A stretch of 64,000 nt of DNA from Geosiphon pyriformis uo1. Taxonomy: Eukaryota; Fungi; Glomeromycota. A model generated the notes under the pieces. That model did no database searches, was not told the DNA's origin, and saw nothing but the letters and a program-made list of their open reading frames with translations. Shown here one piece after another: positions 39,292 to 53,399 of the stretch. The stretch spans positions 62,752 to 126,751 of the forward strand of contig JAAOMT010000223.1 of NCBI GenBank assembly GCA_016748015.1, given 5' to 3'. The first letter of the stretch is position 1; every line of letters starts with the position of its first letter. Position numbers and translations under genes: made by a program.

Positions 39292-39914
39292 TTATTTCTC
39301 CTTACGACGAGTCTCGGCGATAATATTGCTAAGTTCTTCGACCTTTCTCTTGGCACGAACAAAAGTACCAAGCTATTCCAAGAATAGGGAGATAAAAAAG
39401 AGAACTGTGAGAATATCTGATTCTATGTTTCTCTGACCCAAAGAAAACTACGTACCCTTTTCTTTGCTAACTTTCTAGCACGCTTATCTTTGGAATTTTT
39501 CAACAGTTCCATCACACGACGTTCATAAGGGGCAAAACCTGCCACCTCACGAATAACATCACGAACAAACTTGACACGGTGTGAAAGTTTCTATTAAAAA
39601 TCATAATGGGTATCGAGTGGATGAATGTCGATAAGACATAAAAATTTATTTAGTTAAAGCTCATAAAAAAAGATTTGAATAATAGGAGTAAGTTCACTAA
39701 TTTTTGAGTCTTATCAACGCGATAAACTGTCCTCCTATAAATCAGTTATAAAACTTCTTCTACTCAAAGTCAAAACAGCAATAAGCATAAACCACAAAAT
39801 CCTTCTACTTACCCCCTTTCTTCGGGAAGGTTTTGTTCGCACCGGACGTGTTGAGACAACATGACCCTTATTGAGACCTATAAAGATGCCACTTTTTTCT
39901 TTTTGGGCTACCAT
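39292..39914 (-). CDS. RPL36: 60S ribosomal protein L36 (eL36), 3 exons; absent from the ORF track
   Basis: [20 protein letters not shown]...KPSRRKG|[45 protein letters not shown]|[26 protein letters not shown]. Confidence 0.97.
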
Positions 39915-40567
39915 AACCGCAAATTAATGTCAAGGCAAAAGAACACTTGAAAAAAAAAGTAGGGAGATAATGGAATTTTGACTTATAAATCATCTAATCT
40001 AGTAATTCAAATGTCACGCGATCCATTTCTGGTTTCTCAATTTGAGGTTATTTGACATAGAAATATAGAAAAATACAAAATAATAATAAAGTATATTAGT
40101 TAAAAATCTAAGTTCTTAAATATTTAAAATATATTAAAATTATCAAAATTTAAAATATTAGTATTCCAATTTAAAACAACATAATTAATAAAAGATGATT
40201 TAAAAATAGCACGTTTTATTCAAAATTGAAAAAACAACTTAATAACCGAAAACTTTTATACTCTCAACTCAATAACCTATATTCTGCTGAATTGTCCATT
40301 TCTCCTCACTAAATAACATTCATCCGACTTTTTGTTATAAAATAATATATCATAATGCGGATAATATTGAAATCAGATTAATGTAAGAGCGATCATGCTT
40401 TTAAACTTGTAACAAAAAAATCTTTTCTTAGTTCTCTCCTGTTTAGGTGTATGGTGTCTGATTTCAAGGTTTGTCAGAGGTTGGGGCTGGATTCATCTAT
40501 ATTTATGTTTCGAATTTGGTAGGGTAAATTAGTATGGAAGTTTAAAATTTTCTAAATCAATCCAAGT

Positions 40568-41147
40568 TTATCCTTTTTTTTCGGAAATTATCATCTAGAG
40601 AGATGACAGATTCTTAAAAAATAATCCCACCCATCAAGTATCATATTACCAGGGAAACCGCTATCCATCCCAAATATCTCAAAAACCCATATCAATCAAA
40701 TCACTCGACAACAATCAAAATCATTATCACCATGAAAATATCAACAACAACTATATAGAAATCATTTATCCATCCATTCAGATAAAAAATTCAATCACTT
40801 ACTCGACGTTTTGCACCAAGAGTAGTCTTATTAACGAAACGTCTATTATACAATATACGTTTCTTGGCACGACCAACTTTGCTCTTTTTAATCCTAACCT
40901 CACTTTCCTCATCTCGCTTCTTTTTAACTTTGGGTGTGTGCGATTTCACTTTCCCGGCACGGGCTAAGGAACCATGGACTTTACCCTTTTAATACAGAGT
41001 GGGGGTAATTATTGGGTAAGTTTAGGAAAGTGTACAGTTGTAACGGCCCAACAGTAAAGTGTTAAGCATGTGTCAAATATTCGTTACTCGTTCAACTTAG
41101 ATATTTCCAATACACATCCTAAATTCTCGAAAAAATCAACATACCAT
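40568..41147 (-). CDS. RPS30: 40S ribosomal protein S30 (eS30), divergent; absent from the ORF track
   Basis: ATG|GTATGT at 41147; exon 40985-40803 [61 protein letters not shown]|GTAAGT; probable last exon MIISEKKG* at 40594-40568 (acceptor choice uncertain). Confidence 0.9.
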
Positions 41148-41260
41148 TTTGAGAAAATTTTAAAATTCTTATTTACGGAAAGAAAGGTAAAATCTGTTTC
41201 TTTAAAAATTTTGATTTTTCTTCAGCTTTTATTATGTTGAGACTGATTACTTTTCCATTA

Positions 41261-41268
41261 TCACGTGA
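41261..41268. promoter_or_regulatory. Palindromic E-box TCACGTGA ~115 bp upstream of the RPS30 ATG
   Basis: Exact bHLH (Cbf1-type) core motif in promoter position; function is inferred. Confidence 0.4.
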
Positions 41269-41639
41269 AAGTGATTATTTGTAATCAATTTATATTAGAA
41301 TCTAAGCAATCTGGCTGCCAATCTAACCTTAAAAGGGAGAAATAATAGCATAATCCTATACGGCGAAGATCTGAAAAATTCATCTGATCCCGTAGTGATT
41401 GAATATTTGCTTTTTCCAGTTTTTTTTCTCCTGTACCTTTGCCTTTTCTGAATTTTAATAAAAAGTCTTTATGACCCTTCCTCTGTAAACTATACATAAA
41501 AATAAAAGGCTACATAGCACAAAAAGATATCTTTGAAAAATTTCTCGCGCATACACATATATATTCATTATGTGCGGCGTTAATATGATATATATATAGT
41601 ATATTTTAAAATACAAACCTGGCCTAAATTCGAGTATTG

Positions 41640-44296
<2,657 letters not shown>

Positions 44297-44950
44297 AATT
44301 TTTGACTTTTTGAGATCAGCGCAAGCGCGGGCGAAAGTTGAAAATATATATTTTATTTAAAGGAAAAAAAAAGGTAGAAGTTGAACCAACCAACCAACCA
44401 GAAAAAAAATCTATTACAAATAAACTTTTACTAGTTAACAAGTATTTTTGTAAAACTTGTAATATTGTTGTGAAATTGAAAGGAAAGAAAGCAGTGAATC
44501 ATCCATCATCTTGTCACATCAACAACACCCAGCATCAAAATCTATCGAAATCAGCAACTCTTTATAAGTAAAAAAGTTGTTTATTATCCTTTTATCAATG
44601 TCAATACGAAAACCATATTTTCAGCATATGTGAAAGGCAACAGCATTTTGCCCAATTGTTTTTTGGCGTGCTGGTTAATCAGCCGGACATTGATTGCTTT
44701 AAGTGTCATTGTACACATTGAAAATCTTTGTAAAGATTTGGAAACCTTGAAATTTAAAAGTGAATTAAGAGCGTGCGAATTTCAATTATTTATTGCATGA
44801 CGATTATATCGCTATGAGACAAGGGATAATAATGTGAGTTGCATAAGTTAAAATTTTTTTGATTAAAATCTTAATTCGGATGAAATTTTTTTTTTTAATT
44901 ATTTGGATGAAAAAAATTAAATTTAGAAGGATGAAAAAGCAAAATTAACA

Positions 44951-44989
<39 letters not shown>

Positions 44990-45707
44990 AATTGAAAATT
45001 TTTTACAAGGGTAAATGTTTTGCAAATATAATTTACTATTAAAATAATAAAGGATCAGATTTTCAAAGATAATGTACAATTGAAATTCAGATCTCCCAAA
45101 AATATATGTTGTGGGGTAAAAAAGTTATTCATCAAGGTATTTAATTATTTCAACTAGATAAAGACCTGATCAACATTTTGGGTTAGATGGAAATTATTCG
45201 GTTATTCTTTACTTGCTTCCAACAATGTTGAATTTGATGGCATTTATGAAAAATAATTAAAAATAATGATCACAAAAATAAAAAGTCTCAATCGATAATT
45301 ATAAATATTCTTTGGAAATTACGTTGAAAGCGATGTCTCTTGGTAAGTTAATAGGTGGCCTAGTCAGTTTCAAATTTTTTGTTAAAAAGATTATCTCTTC
45401 GATATATCAATAAATCAATTAGATCGTTTACCTAAAATTCTTATCCTTGAAGATTTTATTTTTGGGAATAGGGATTTCATAATAAATTATGATTTTCACA
45501 ATAGGAGAAATCGGTAATAATGGATTTTGTGAGGTTGCATTGGAGATTACAAAAATTTGCCATTGTTCTCTAACCAATAAATAATTTACTTCCCTTATAG
45601 TTATTATCCCCAAGAAATTATTATCTTTTAAATTATTACCATCATGGACTGATCTCAAATTCGTCATTTGATATCCAACTTTATCTGAGAATCAAAGTTC
45701 TCCTCGC

Positions 45708-46215
45708 TTAGAAGGTATAATAATATAGATTAGTAAAACGGGAGACTCAAATTCAATCATATTCACCGAGATTTGAAGGATTAACATCAAGCTTTCCGTT
45801 TCCTCCATGATCACTTAAGCATTTTGAATCTTCTTCTGAATATCTTCCCGAGTTATCGCTAATGTGAAACCTTTCAATTTTATTTTCCTCACATTTATAT
45901 TTTTCCATTTAAAACGTCGATGGATAAAATTTAAATCTTCATAAATTACTGTCGACTTTAGGGAAACATTAATTGGCCCCCACTTTCTTGCTGAAACAAA
46001 TTATCCGTTGGACATCTGTTTTAAGAAAGCCAAAGGGTTTGTCATCTTTGTCCTCATATTCTTTAAAGAAAGTGAGGTTTTCTTCTTTACATTTAGTGCT
46101 GTCGCTTTCCAATATAATTGAACCTCTGTTTAAGGGGTAATGTTTTCATACCCCAAAGGTGACTGTTTTGCAAAAATTGTAATATATAAAATAATCCAGT
46201 TCCCAATTGAATTTT
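45708..46215 (-). pseudogene. Possible degenerate reading frame with a hydrophobic start and four in-frame TGA codons
   Basis: 'WIILYITIFAK/TVTFGV(TGA)KHYPLNRGSIILESDSTKC...SKCLSDHGGNGKLDVNPSNLGEYD(TGA)I(TGA)VSRF'. Also contains two internal TAA and a frameshift; coding status uncertain. Confidence 0.35.
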
Positions 46216-46244
46216 AGCCTTGCTTAAAAACTAAAATATTAGTT

Positions 46245-46994
46245 ATGATAGTATTTTTTGAACAATTACCGTTTGTTTACCAAGTAGAAACATTAGTTCA
46301 TGTCCATTGGTTGGCAGAGGAAGGAATAGAAGGTTCATATACTCAACAAACTCTCGAAAATGATTTAAGGCAAGAAGCATTAAGATTATGGCAAGAGGAA
46401 AAGTATGAATTAAACAATATATTAAGAAATCTTACAACCAGTAACTCAAGAAGAGATTCGGTAGTATCCGTGATTGAAAGACTTTTGCGATATAAAAGAA
46501 CAAGACAATTTCAAGATGGAACTGATGCGAGGTATAGGGATAAGGACATGATGAATTATATATACGAAAAACAGTTAAAACAGTTGGAGCAAAAAACCCA
46601 TAATTTAAACGAATTGTCTACCCTGGTTTTCCCTAATCAATCTTACAACTTCAATCAACTCAAACAAGAGATTACTCGGCTCAAATACCAAGAATTAACT
46701 CCCCAAATCAGATGTGAAAGAGCAGAATTCGAGCAATTAATCGTCAATTCTAAAACAAAAGTTGGTCGTAGCTTTGAGAGGGTGGTAGATTTACTCCTAG
46801 AAGCCCAAAAGCAAATCTGCGAAATTGAACCAGAAAGCAATGAGCATTATCAAGTGAAAGGACAATTAATTGCTTATCAAATTATTTTAGAAAACAATCT
46901 CACTAAAGACGAATTGCAAAGCCTTCTCACTAGACAAAATGAATTACACCAACTAGAAAAGCATTTACTTAGTTTGCAAATGATGAACAACTAG
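46245..46994 (+). CDS. Intronless helical/coiled-coil protein resembling proteins of Mollicutes-related endobacteria (candidate HGT); possibly truncated
   Basis: 249-aa uninterrupted ORF, Q/L/E-rich, with 'FPNQSYNFNQLKQEITRLKYQEL...VDLLLEAQKQI...KGQLIAYQIILENNLTKDELQSLLTRQNELHQLEKHLLSLQ'. The family resemblance is from memory, not from a search. Confidence 0.6.
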   Translation: MIVFFEQLPFVYQVETLVHVHWLAEEGIEGSYTQQTLENDLRQEALRLWQEEKYELNNILRNLTTSNSRRDSVVSVIERLLRYKRTRQFQDGTDARYRDKDMMNYIYEKQLKQLEQKTHNLNELSTLVFPNQSYNFNQLKQEITRLKYQELTPQIRCERAEFEQLIVNSKTKVGRSFERVVDLLLEAQKQICEIEPESNEHYQVKGQLIAYQIILENNLTKDELQSLLTRQNELHQLEKHLLSLQMMNN

Positions 46995-47331
46995 CCAAAA
47001 TCCAAAATCCATTTATATATAAATAAAATTGATCAAACTTATTTTGTTATTATTATTTTAAATAAAAATCTATAAATATGAATTAAATTAACAATAATTT
47101 ATTATTTATAAAACTTTATTAATTTGAACTAAATTATTAATTGAAAGCAAATATATAATCCGAGAAGAAAAAATGCAAATATCCAAAAATTGTCTCTTGA
47201 TTTTAAGTCCACGGAGAATAAATTAGAAATTAAGAATAATAAATAATACAGACTAATGAATTTGTTCCAACCCCTTTTATACTTGAATATTATTCTTTTA
47301 TACCAAAATTGGTTCATCTGAAATCTCTCAC

Positions 47332-48957
47332 TTATAAAAAATATTGTCCAACACCTCTCGCTGGAATATTTCGCTCCTGATCCGGGACCGCATTAAAGAG
47401 TTTGAAACTACTCTCGTCAATTTGTAGATTCTCACCAATCTGCATAATGGAGGCAACATTACCGCATCGATAACAATAGTTTGGTGCTGACCATACCGTT
47501 ACTAGATTATCGTCAGGGAACATATATTTGTAACCCTCTTGAACAAGTTGATGGGCACGCGCAATCAAATTTAAACCGTTGACGTGGTTGAACTAAAGGA
47601 AAGAAATAATAATGATGGAAATTTAGAATTTGATAGTGAACACGAGTCTCTAGGATAAGTTACCTCATTCGTGACCTTTGCTCCGAATAACCAACCAGCG
47701 CCACGAGGGCTAACCGCCCATGCCTCTATGTCTTCTGGATCAGACCACATTAAATCTACAAAAAATACAACTAGAATGTTGAATAATTGAAAAAAAGCGA
47801 CTCAATCAAATATTCACCCAATTATCAGGAATGGATTAGATATTTCCCAACTTACCACAAAATGCACCTTCATGTGGAATTTCTTGTGCTCGTGGTATCG
47901 TCCGTATTTGATCCAATGTTCGAACCTCAGGGGATAATCCACCATGGACACATAACACTCGTCCATCTACAATCTAATATCAATTAGAATAAATTTATAT
48001 TTCAATTGATGGATTTAAATCAGGTTGGATTATGGATTATTTTTTGGAAATGAAAAGCTTACAGCCGCTAATGTTAGATAATCAAAGACTTGGCAACAAT
48101 ATTTCCAGACATTAGCATTTCCATATTTAGTCTGACATTCATCTGTTAAATTATGTTAAGATAAATTAATTGAGTTCACAATCTATCCTGTAATAGCAAT
48201 TTCGACCTGAAACTCACCGTAAAATCCGTACACCTGGGTGATTTGTCGGCTTTCGTGATTGCCTCTCAACAGAGTAATCTTATCAGGATACCTAAATAAT
48301 CGAAAGAATATCGGATTGTTAAATCATTAAAATTGAGCTGCTCGTCCTATAATGTGCTTGACAATTCAAGCCTATCTTCACACACCATAACCAGATTTGA
48401 GATACCTTGCTTTCAATGCCATCAACAGCGTAAATGTTTCCAAACTATAATAGCCGCGATCGACGAAATCACCCTATTATTTCAAGTCAATTCACATAGT
48501 CTTAAAAAGTTATTAAGTTGGCAGACCGAAGATTCGTATTTGGTAGATTTGAAACTTTGATGCTTTCATCCGCCAATCTAATTAAACCTCCTTATTTTAA
48601 CCCTAGAGCTCACCATAAATATATAATGTGTATCAGGAATTTCCCCACCGACACGGAATAATTCCAACAAATCGTAAAATTGTCCATGGATATCACCGCA
48701 AACCGTCACAGGTGTATGAACAGGTTGTATATTCGATTCTTCCATTAAGAGTTCTTTTACCTAAACATTCAAAAGTATATGGTGTACCGAAATGACTGAA
48801 TGAGGTGCTAGGTTTCAGAAAGTTGACCCAGAAATAATTATGATCTGCAAAAAAGTGAAATATTCTTATGTACCATTTCGCATAGTTTTTTAATGTCAGC
48901 TTCAGGGAGAAACTGGCATTTCTTAATGGTGGTTAACCACTCGTCAGGGGTACCCAT
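47332..48957 (-). CDS. SIT4: PP2A-like Ser/Thr phosphatase, PP6/Sit4/Ppe1 catalytic subunit (8 exons)
   Basis: '[10 protein letters not shown]', '[15 protein letters not shown]', '[20 protein letters not shown]', '[12 protein letters not shown]', '[11 protein letters not shown]', '[12 protein letters not shown]', '[11 protein letters not shown]', C-terminal YFL. Confidence 0.95.
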
Positions 48958-49189
48958 TATTTGAAATCTTAGGTTAATAACTTACGTAACTCTAATACTT
49001 TGAAATTATCGAACTGTAAAATAAAGGATAAAAGTGTTATTTTTTTTTTTTTACAAGAATTAGGAGCTCTTGAAATGAGAAAATTGATTTGTAAAACGAA
49101 ATTGTGATGTGCGAATAGATCATCAACTGTTACAAGAATAGAGAAATATTTAGTCTAATATGATTATTAATTCTCAAAATTTCGATAAA

Positions 49190-49927
49190 ATGGACGAACC
49201 TCCCCCTACTAGCAAGAACAGCAATAATATGGTTTCTTCACAGCAACAACAGTCGAAATATATAAAAGAGGAGTTATTTTCACAACCTAAAGAGTCTGTG
49301 ATAATTGGGCACAGGATTTCAGGTAGGGCCTAAAAAAAAGGTCTTTTTCGCTAAAACTTTTCTCTTTTAATTGGACTACAGCTTTGATTATTTTCTTTAT
49401 TAATTAGAATATTTATTCATTCCAAAACAGGAAAAATATGGAAACTCCCGAAATTAGCCACGCGTCGTTCACAACTTCCACGTAGCCTTTCAAAAACCTG
49501 GGCCCAACGTTTGAAAGAACGCCAGGAACGAGACGCCGTTAAAGCCTTGGAAAATGAATTAAAGACGGAGAAAGAAGCAAAAAAGCAGGTTTGTGGGGTT
49601 TCTTTTCAAATATAGCCTTTGTAAACGTGTGCCAGAATTATAAGAGGCGGTGGCTCAATAATTCAATTATGGTTTAATATTCGTTTTTGTTAATAAATAT
49701 AGAAAACTCGTGAAGCGTTGTCGCAAAGACGAAAAGCAGCTGAGGAACGAGAGCGACTAGAGAAATTGGCAGCCTTGGTATTTTTTGTGTTTCTAAGTTT
49801 ACCCCTCAACTATGAGGGAATGAATTTTAACCATTATAGTGGGTTCACCATTGCTTCATTTATTAAGTATTCGGCGAAGAAAATGAAACGGCTTCGAAAA
49901 AAGCAAGGTAAAAGAAAGAAACAGTAA
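49190..49927 (+). CDS. CGR1: rRNA-processing protein Cgr1/CCDC86 (4 exons)
   Basis: 'GHRISG|KIWK...KTWAQRLKERQERDAVKALENELKTEKE...RRKAAEERERLEKLAAL|YSAKKMKRLRKKQ'. Confidence 0.88.
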
Positions 49928-50152
49928 GACTGGACAAGAGGCAAGGTCATTGTTGGTAAAGAGGAAATTTAACTAACAATGTAGAAAATCAAAAATATTG
50001 TAAATGGATCATCATTATGAGTCACAAAATAAATTTTCAAATTTTTGAAGCTTTGACTTTTCCCACTTTTTTATTGTCTCCAAAAATAAACCCCTTAAAG
50101 CTTTTAAACTAGGAATTGTTCGCTTTGGCTACTTATAAAATAAAAAAAAGAA

Positions 50153-52355
50153 ATGATATCTTTGAAAAATGTTCAACCAATATCTTCGCATGAATTCTCG
50201 AGAATAATGACCACTTTGAAAACTTTCCCTACGAATATCAAACGCGTAGGTATGTGATAATATTTGATTTTTTTTTGAGTAGTTTTAATAGACGAATTTT
50301 GTCTTAATAACTTAATTTGATGTATTTTCGGCAAAATTTTTTAACTCGGCGAAAATTGATGTTTTATCTGACATTTTTTCGATTTGGAGTTTACTTGTAT
50401 CATAAAATTTATAATATAGTGATCCAAATTGAATAATTCGATATTTTGATCCCATTATTAGGTCTTGCGGTATCTGGAGGAGTAGATAGCATGGCACTAT
50501 CGTATTTGCTCCAGGATTGGACAAAACATAATGGGATCAAATTACATGCATTCACGATCGATCACCAGCTACGTGAAGAAAGTGCCGAGGAGGCACGCTC
50601 TGTAGCAGAAACAATGAAAAATTTAGGTATACAAATCAATTATTTTTATCTCTTGATCCCTTTTGCTCTCTTCTCTTTTTCCTGCAAATTAAAGCGCTCT
50701 TCTCGATTTAGGAATTCCCCATGAAATCATGCGGATAAATTGGTTAAATCCTCCGACCCGGCCTACAATGTCTTTAAATAAAAATCCATCTCCTGATTCT
50801 TCCAGCGCAATACAAACTTCCCATGATTCCATGATAAATGAACCACCAATAGATAGCCAACCCAAAAAATATTATAACCGCCATTCTAACGCGTTACCAT
50901 ACCCCACTATATCCCAATTAGAAACCCGAGCAAGGCAGTCACGCTATACCCTTTTGTCAAAAGCTTGTGCTAAACATGGTATACGTCACTTGTTCTTGGC
51001 ACATCATCTCAATGATCAAGTAACCACAATGGTGATGAGGTTAGCACGAGGAAGCGGGGTTGAAGGATTAGCAGGTATGGATATGGACGTGCAATTGCCG
51101 ATTGTTAAAACAATCGATGGGTTAGGTTTAAGGATTTTGAGACCATTGTTGAACGTGACCAAGGTACGCGAGAATAAACTCATAATCCTATTTAGTAATC
51201 AATCAAGTTTTTGATCATATCATTCTCAATTTGATAATAAGGAACGATTAATTGAAACTTGTGCCACCTCAAACATACCATATTTTGAAGATAAAACAAA
51301 CAAATCTTCTAGTCATAAACGTAATGTTGTACGTGAAGATTTGAAAGCTTTGGACGATAAATATCTTCAAGGCGATGAACGATTCAAGCCATTGTCTACT
51401 ATGGCATTAGCTAGCTTCGTGGAACACATGAAAGATCATAAAGCTTACTTGAACAAAAAAGGTAATTTTTTTTTCGAAACAAAGGATGAGAATTTATGAT
51501 TAATATCTTTTTGGTGAATCAGTAAACAGTGTTATCCCAGAGATTGCTCAATTGAGCATCGGATATGGAGCTTGCGCGATTGATATTCCACCAAAGGTTC
51601 CCATAAAATTAAAGCCTGTGCCAGTTTTACGATATATTGACTCTTTTGAACCCGCAATCCAACCTGTTATTAAAAAATCTCCCTTAAACTGGCTTGATCA
51701 TCGATATATCGCAGTACGTGTTCTCAGTCGCCTAATACAGTGGACAAGTTGCGCAGATAATGCACCGCGTCTAGAAAGTATTCTTTTGATATATAAACAT
51801 ATTCTCAAGCAACATAAGATTCAGCCAGAGGAACGTTCAGCTATTACGGCTTTAAATGTGATAATACATCCTCCACGTAAATCTTCCGGGCCAACAATAA
51901 ATCAATGGTTGTTATGTAGGCAGCCATATACCACTGCTTTCAGGCGTAATGATCTTGATCTTATTGAATTTGACGATGATGAAAAATATGGCGGTCGCGA
52001 AAAAGTCGTATTCTGGGATACAAGATTTTTTGTAGGGATACGATATTCCTCCACATCAACACAAGATGGGGGTTGGAAATTCTTAGTCAAGAGATTATCA
52101 CAGGAAGATCTAGCATCTTTGAGATCAAAGAAAGATTTTAGGATGAAAAAATCAATTAACCAGTTCATGCAAGATATTCCTGGTCAAAGTCGTGATACTA
52201 TTCCGGCGATATTTGGCAAGAATCGCGTCACTAATAACGAGTATTTATTTTCCGTGCCAAGTTTGGGAATCAACTTGTTTCCAGATATTCTGACATCATG
52301 GGTAAGGTTTCGTAATGAAAGTTTTCTTGGCGACAAGGAGGGAGAAGAGCCATAA
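50153..52355 (+). CDS. tilS: tRNA(Ile)-lysidine synthetase-like PP-loop ATPase (TilS family), 5 exons
   Basis: 'GLAVSGGVDSMAL', 'TIDHQLREESAEEA', 'ETRARQSRY', 'AHHLNDQ...MRLARGSG..GLAGM', 'RPLL', 'EDKTN', 'RNVVR', late 'WDTRF'. Confidence 0.9.
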
Positions 52356-52594
52356 CAGGAAGGGAGTTTTTACAAGTTAAATTAATGAAATTGAAGATCA
52401 TATAATCTTAGTGATAATAAAATTCAAATAGTATATGTTGTAATTGATCGGGTCAAAGACATTGTAAATTTGAAATTTGAAAAATACAAAGGTTATGAAG
52501 GTCTACATATAAAGTAAATTTTAATGTTGGGACATTTCTCTCACTTTTTGACCTACCAAAGAACACATAGGGATCACCTAAAGCAGCCTTCGTT

Positions 52595-53390
52595 TTACAA
52601 CTTTGGGGAATCCACTAAGATGCATGGTCCACCATAAATTAATTCAATCCCAGCATGCTCGGCAAACTCGCCACAATCTGTATACTCAGCACCTGGTTGC
52701 AACCAGACGCGTCGAATTCCCAACTGATCCAGTCATAAATTCGAGAGAAATAAAATTGAGAATAACTCGCTAATTCGATGTAACTCATAGCTGGTAACTC
52801 AAATCTATCATCATAGTTATATAACATACTTTTGCAGCTTCCTCGAGAACTTGCTTGGTAACTTTCCCCGGCGTAATGACTGAGACCGAGGTGTTGGTCG
52901 CATCAAGATTAGGTATCAAAGAAAGGCTTGACACGCATTCAAGGTCCTCAATCATAGTTTCATTCTAGTGAGCGAAAATAAGCCGGTGGTTAGATTGGAA
53001 TAAGATCAAGAGTTAATTGGTTTTGTATACATATGGTTAAAGAACAAAGAGCATTACAGACTGGATTGACGGGGGTCACTGGACGGTTATTTAAAATGTA
53101 CCTATTCACGTTTTACCAAACAAAGATAAAAGTGGATTGATTTGAATTTGAACATGTCAAAAAAAAATCCTGCTGGTTAAAGAAGCGTGAAAAACTTCTA
53201 ATTCCTTTTGATTCAACGTCCCTCTTAAGATTTCCATAGTCGACAAAAAACGCTGAAAAACATACCACTTGAGCACTCTATTTCCGTATTTTGACGGAAC
53301 ATTTGAGGCACCGACTACTGCGAAATGCGAAGACGAAAAGAAATTTTTGATTAATTTTGCTATTGCCGCTCGTGTTTGCGGTGGTGGCAT
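52595..53390 (-). CDS. CoA-binding protein, YccU/YneT-like (CoA_binding_2), 4 exons
   Basis: 'FAVVGASNVPSKYGNRVLKW|Y...VTPVNP|...SVSVITPGKVTKQVLEEAAK|LGIRRVWLQPGAE...GGPCILVDSPKL*'. Confidence 0.92.
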
Positions 53391-53399
53391 TTTGTTTTA

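Noticed and set aside
39590-40800. Intronic snoRNAs in RPL36/RPS30
   Set aside because: No convincing paired C (RTGATGA) and D (CTGA) boxes with a terminal stem were visible; needs snoscan/Infernal.
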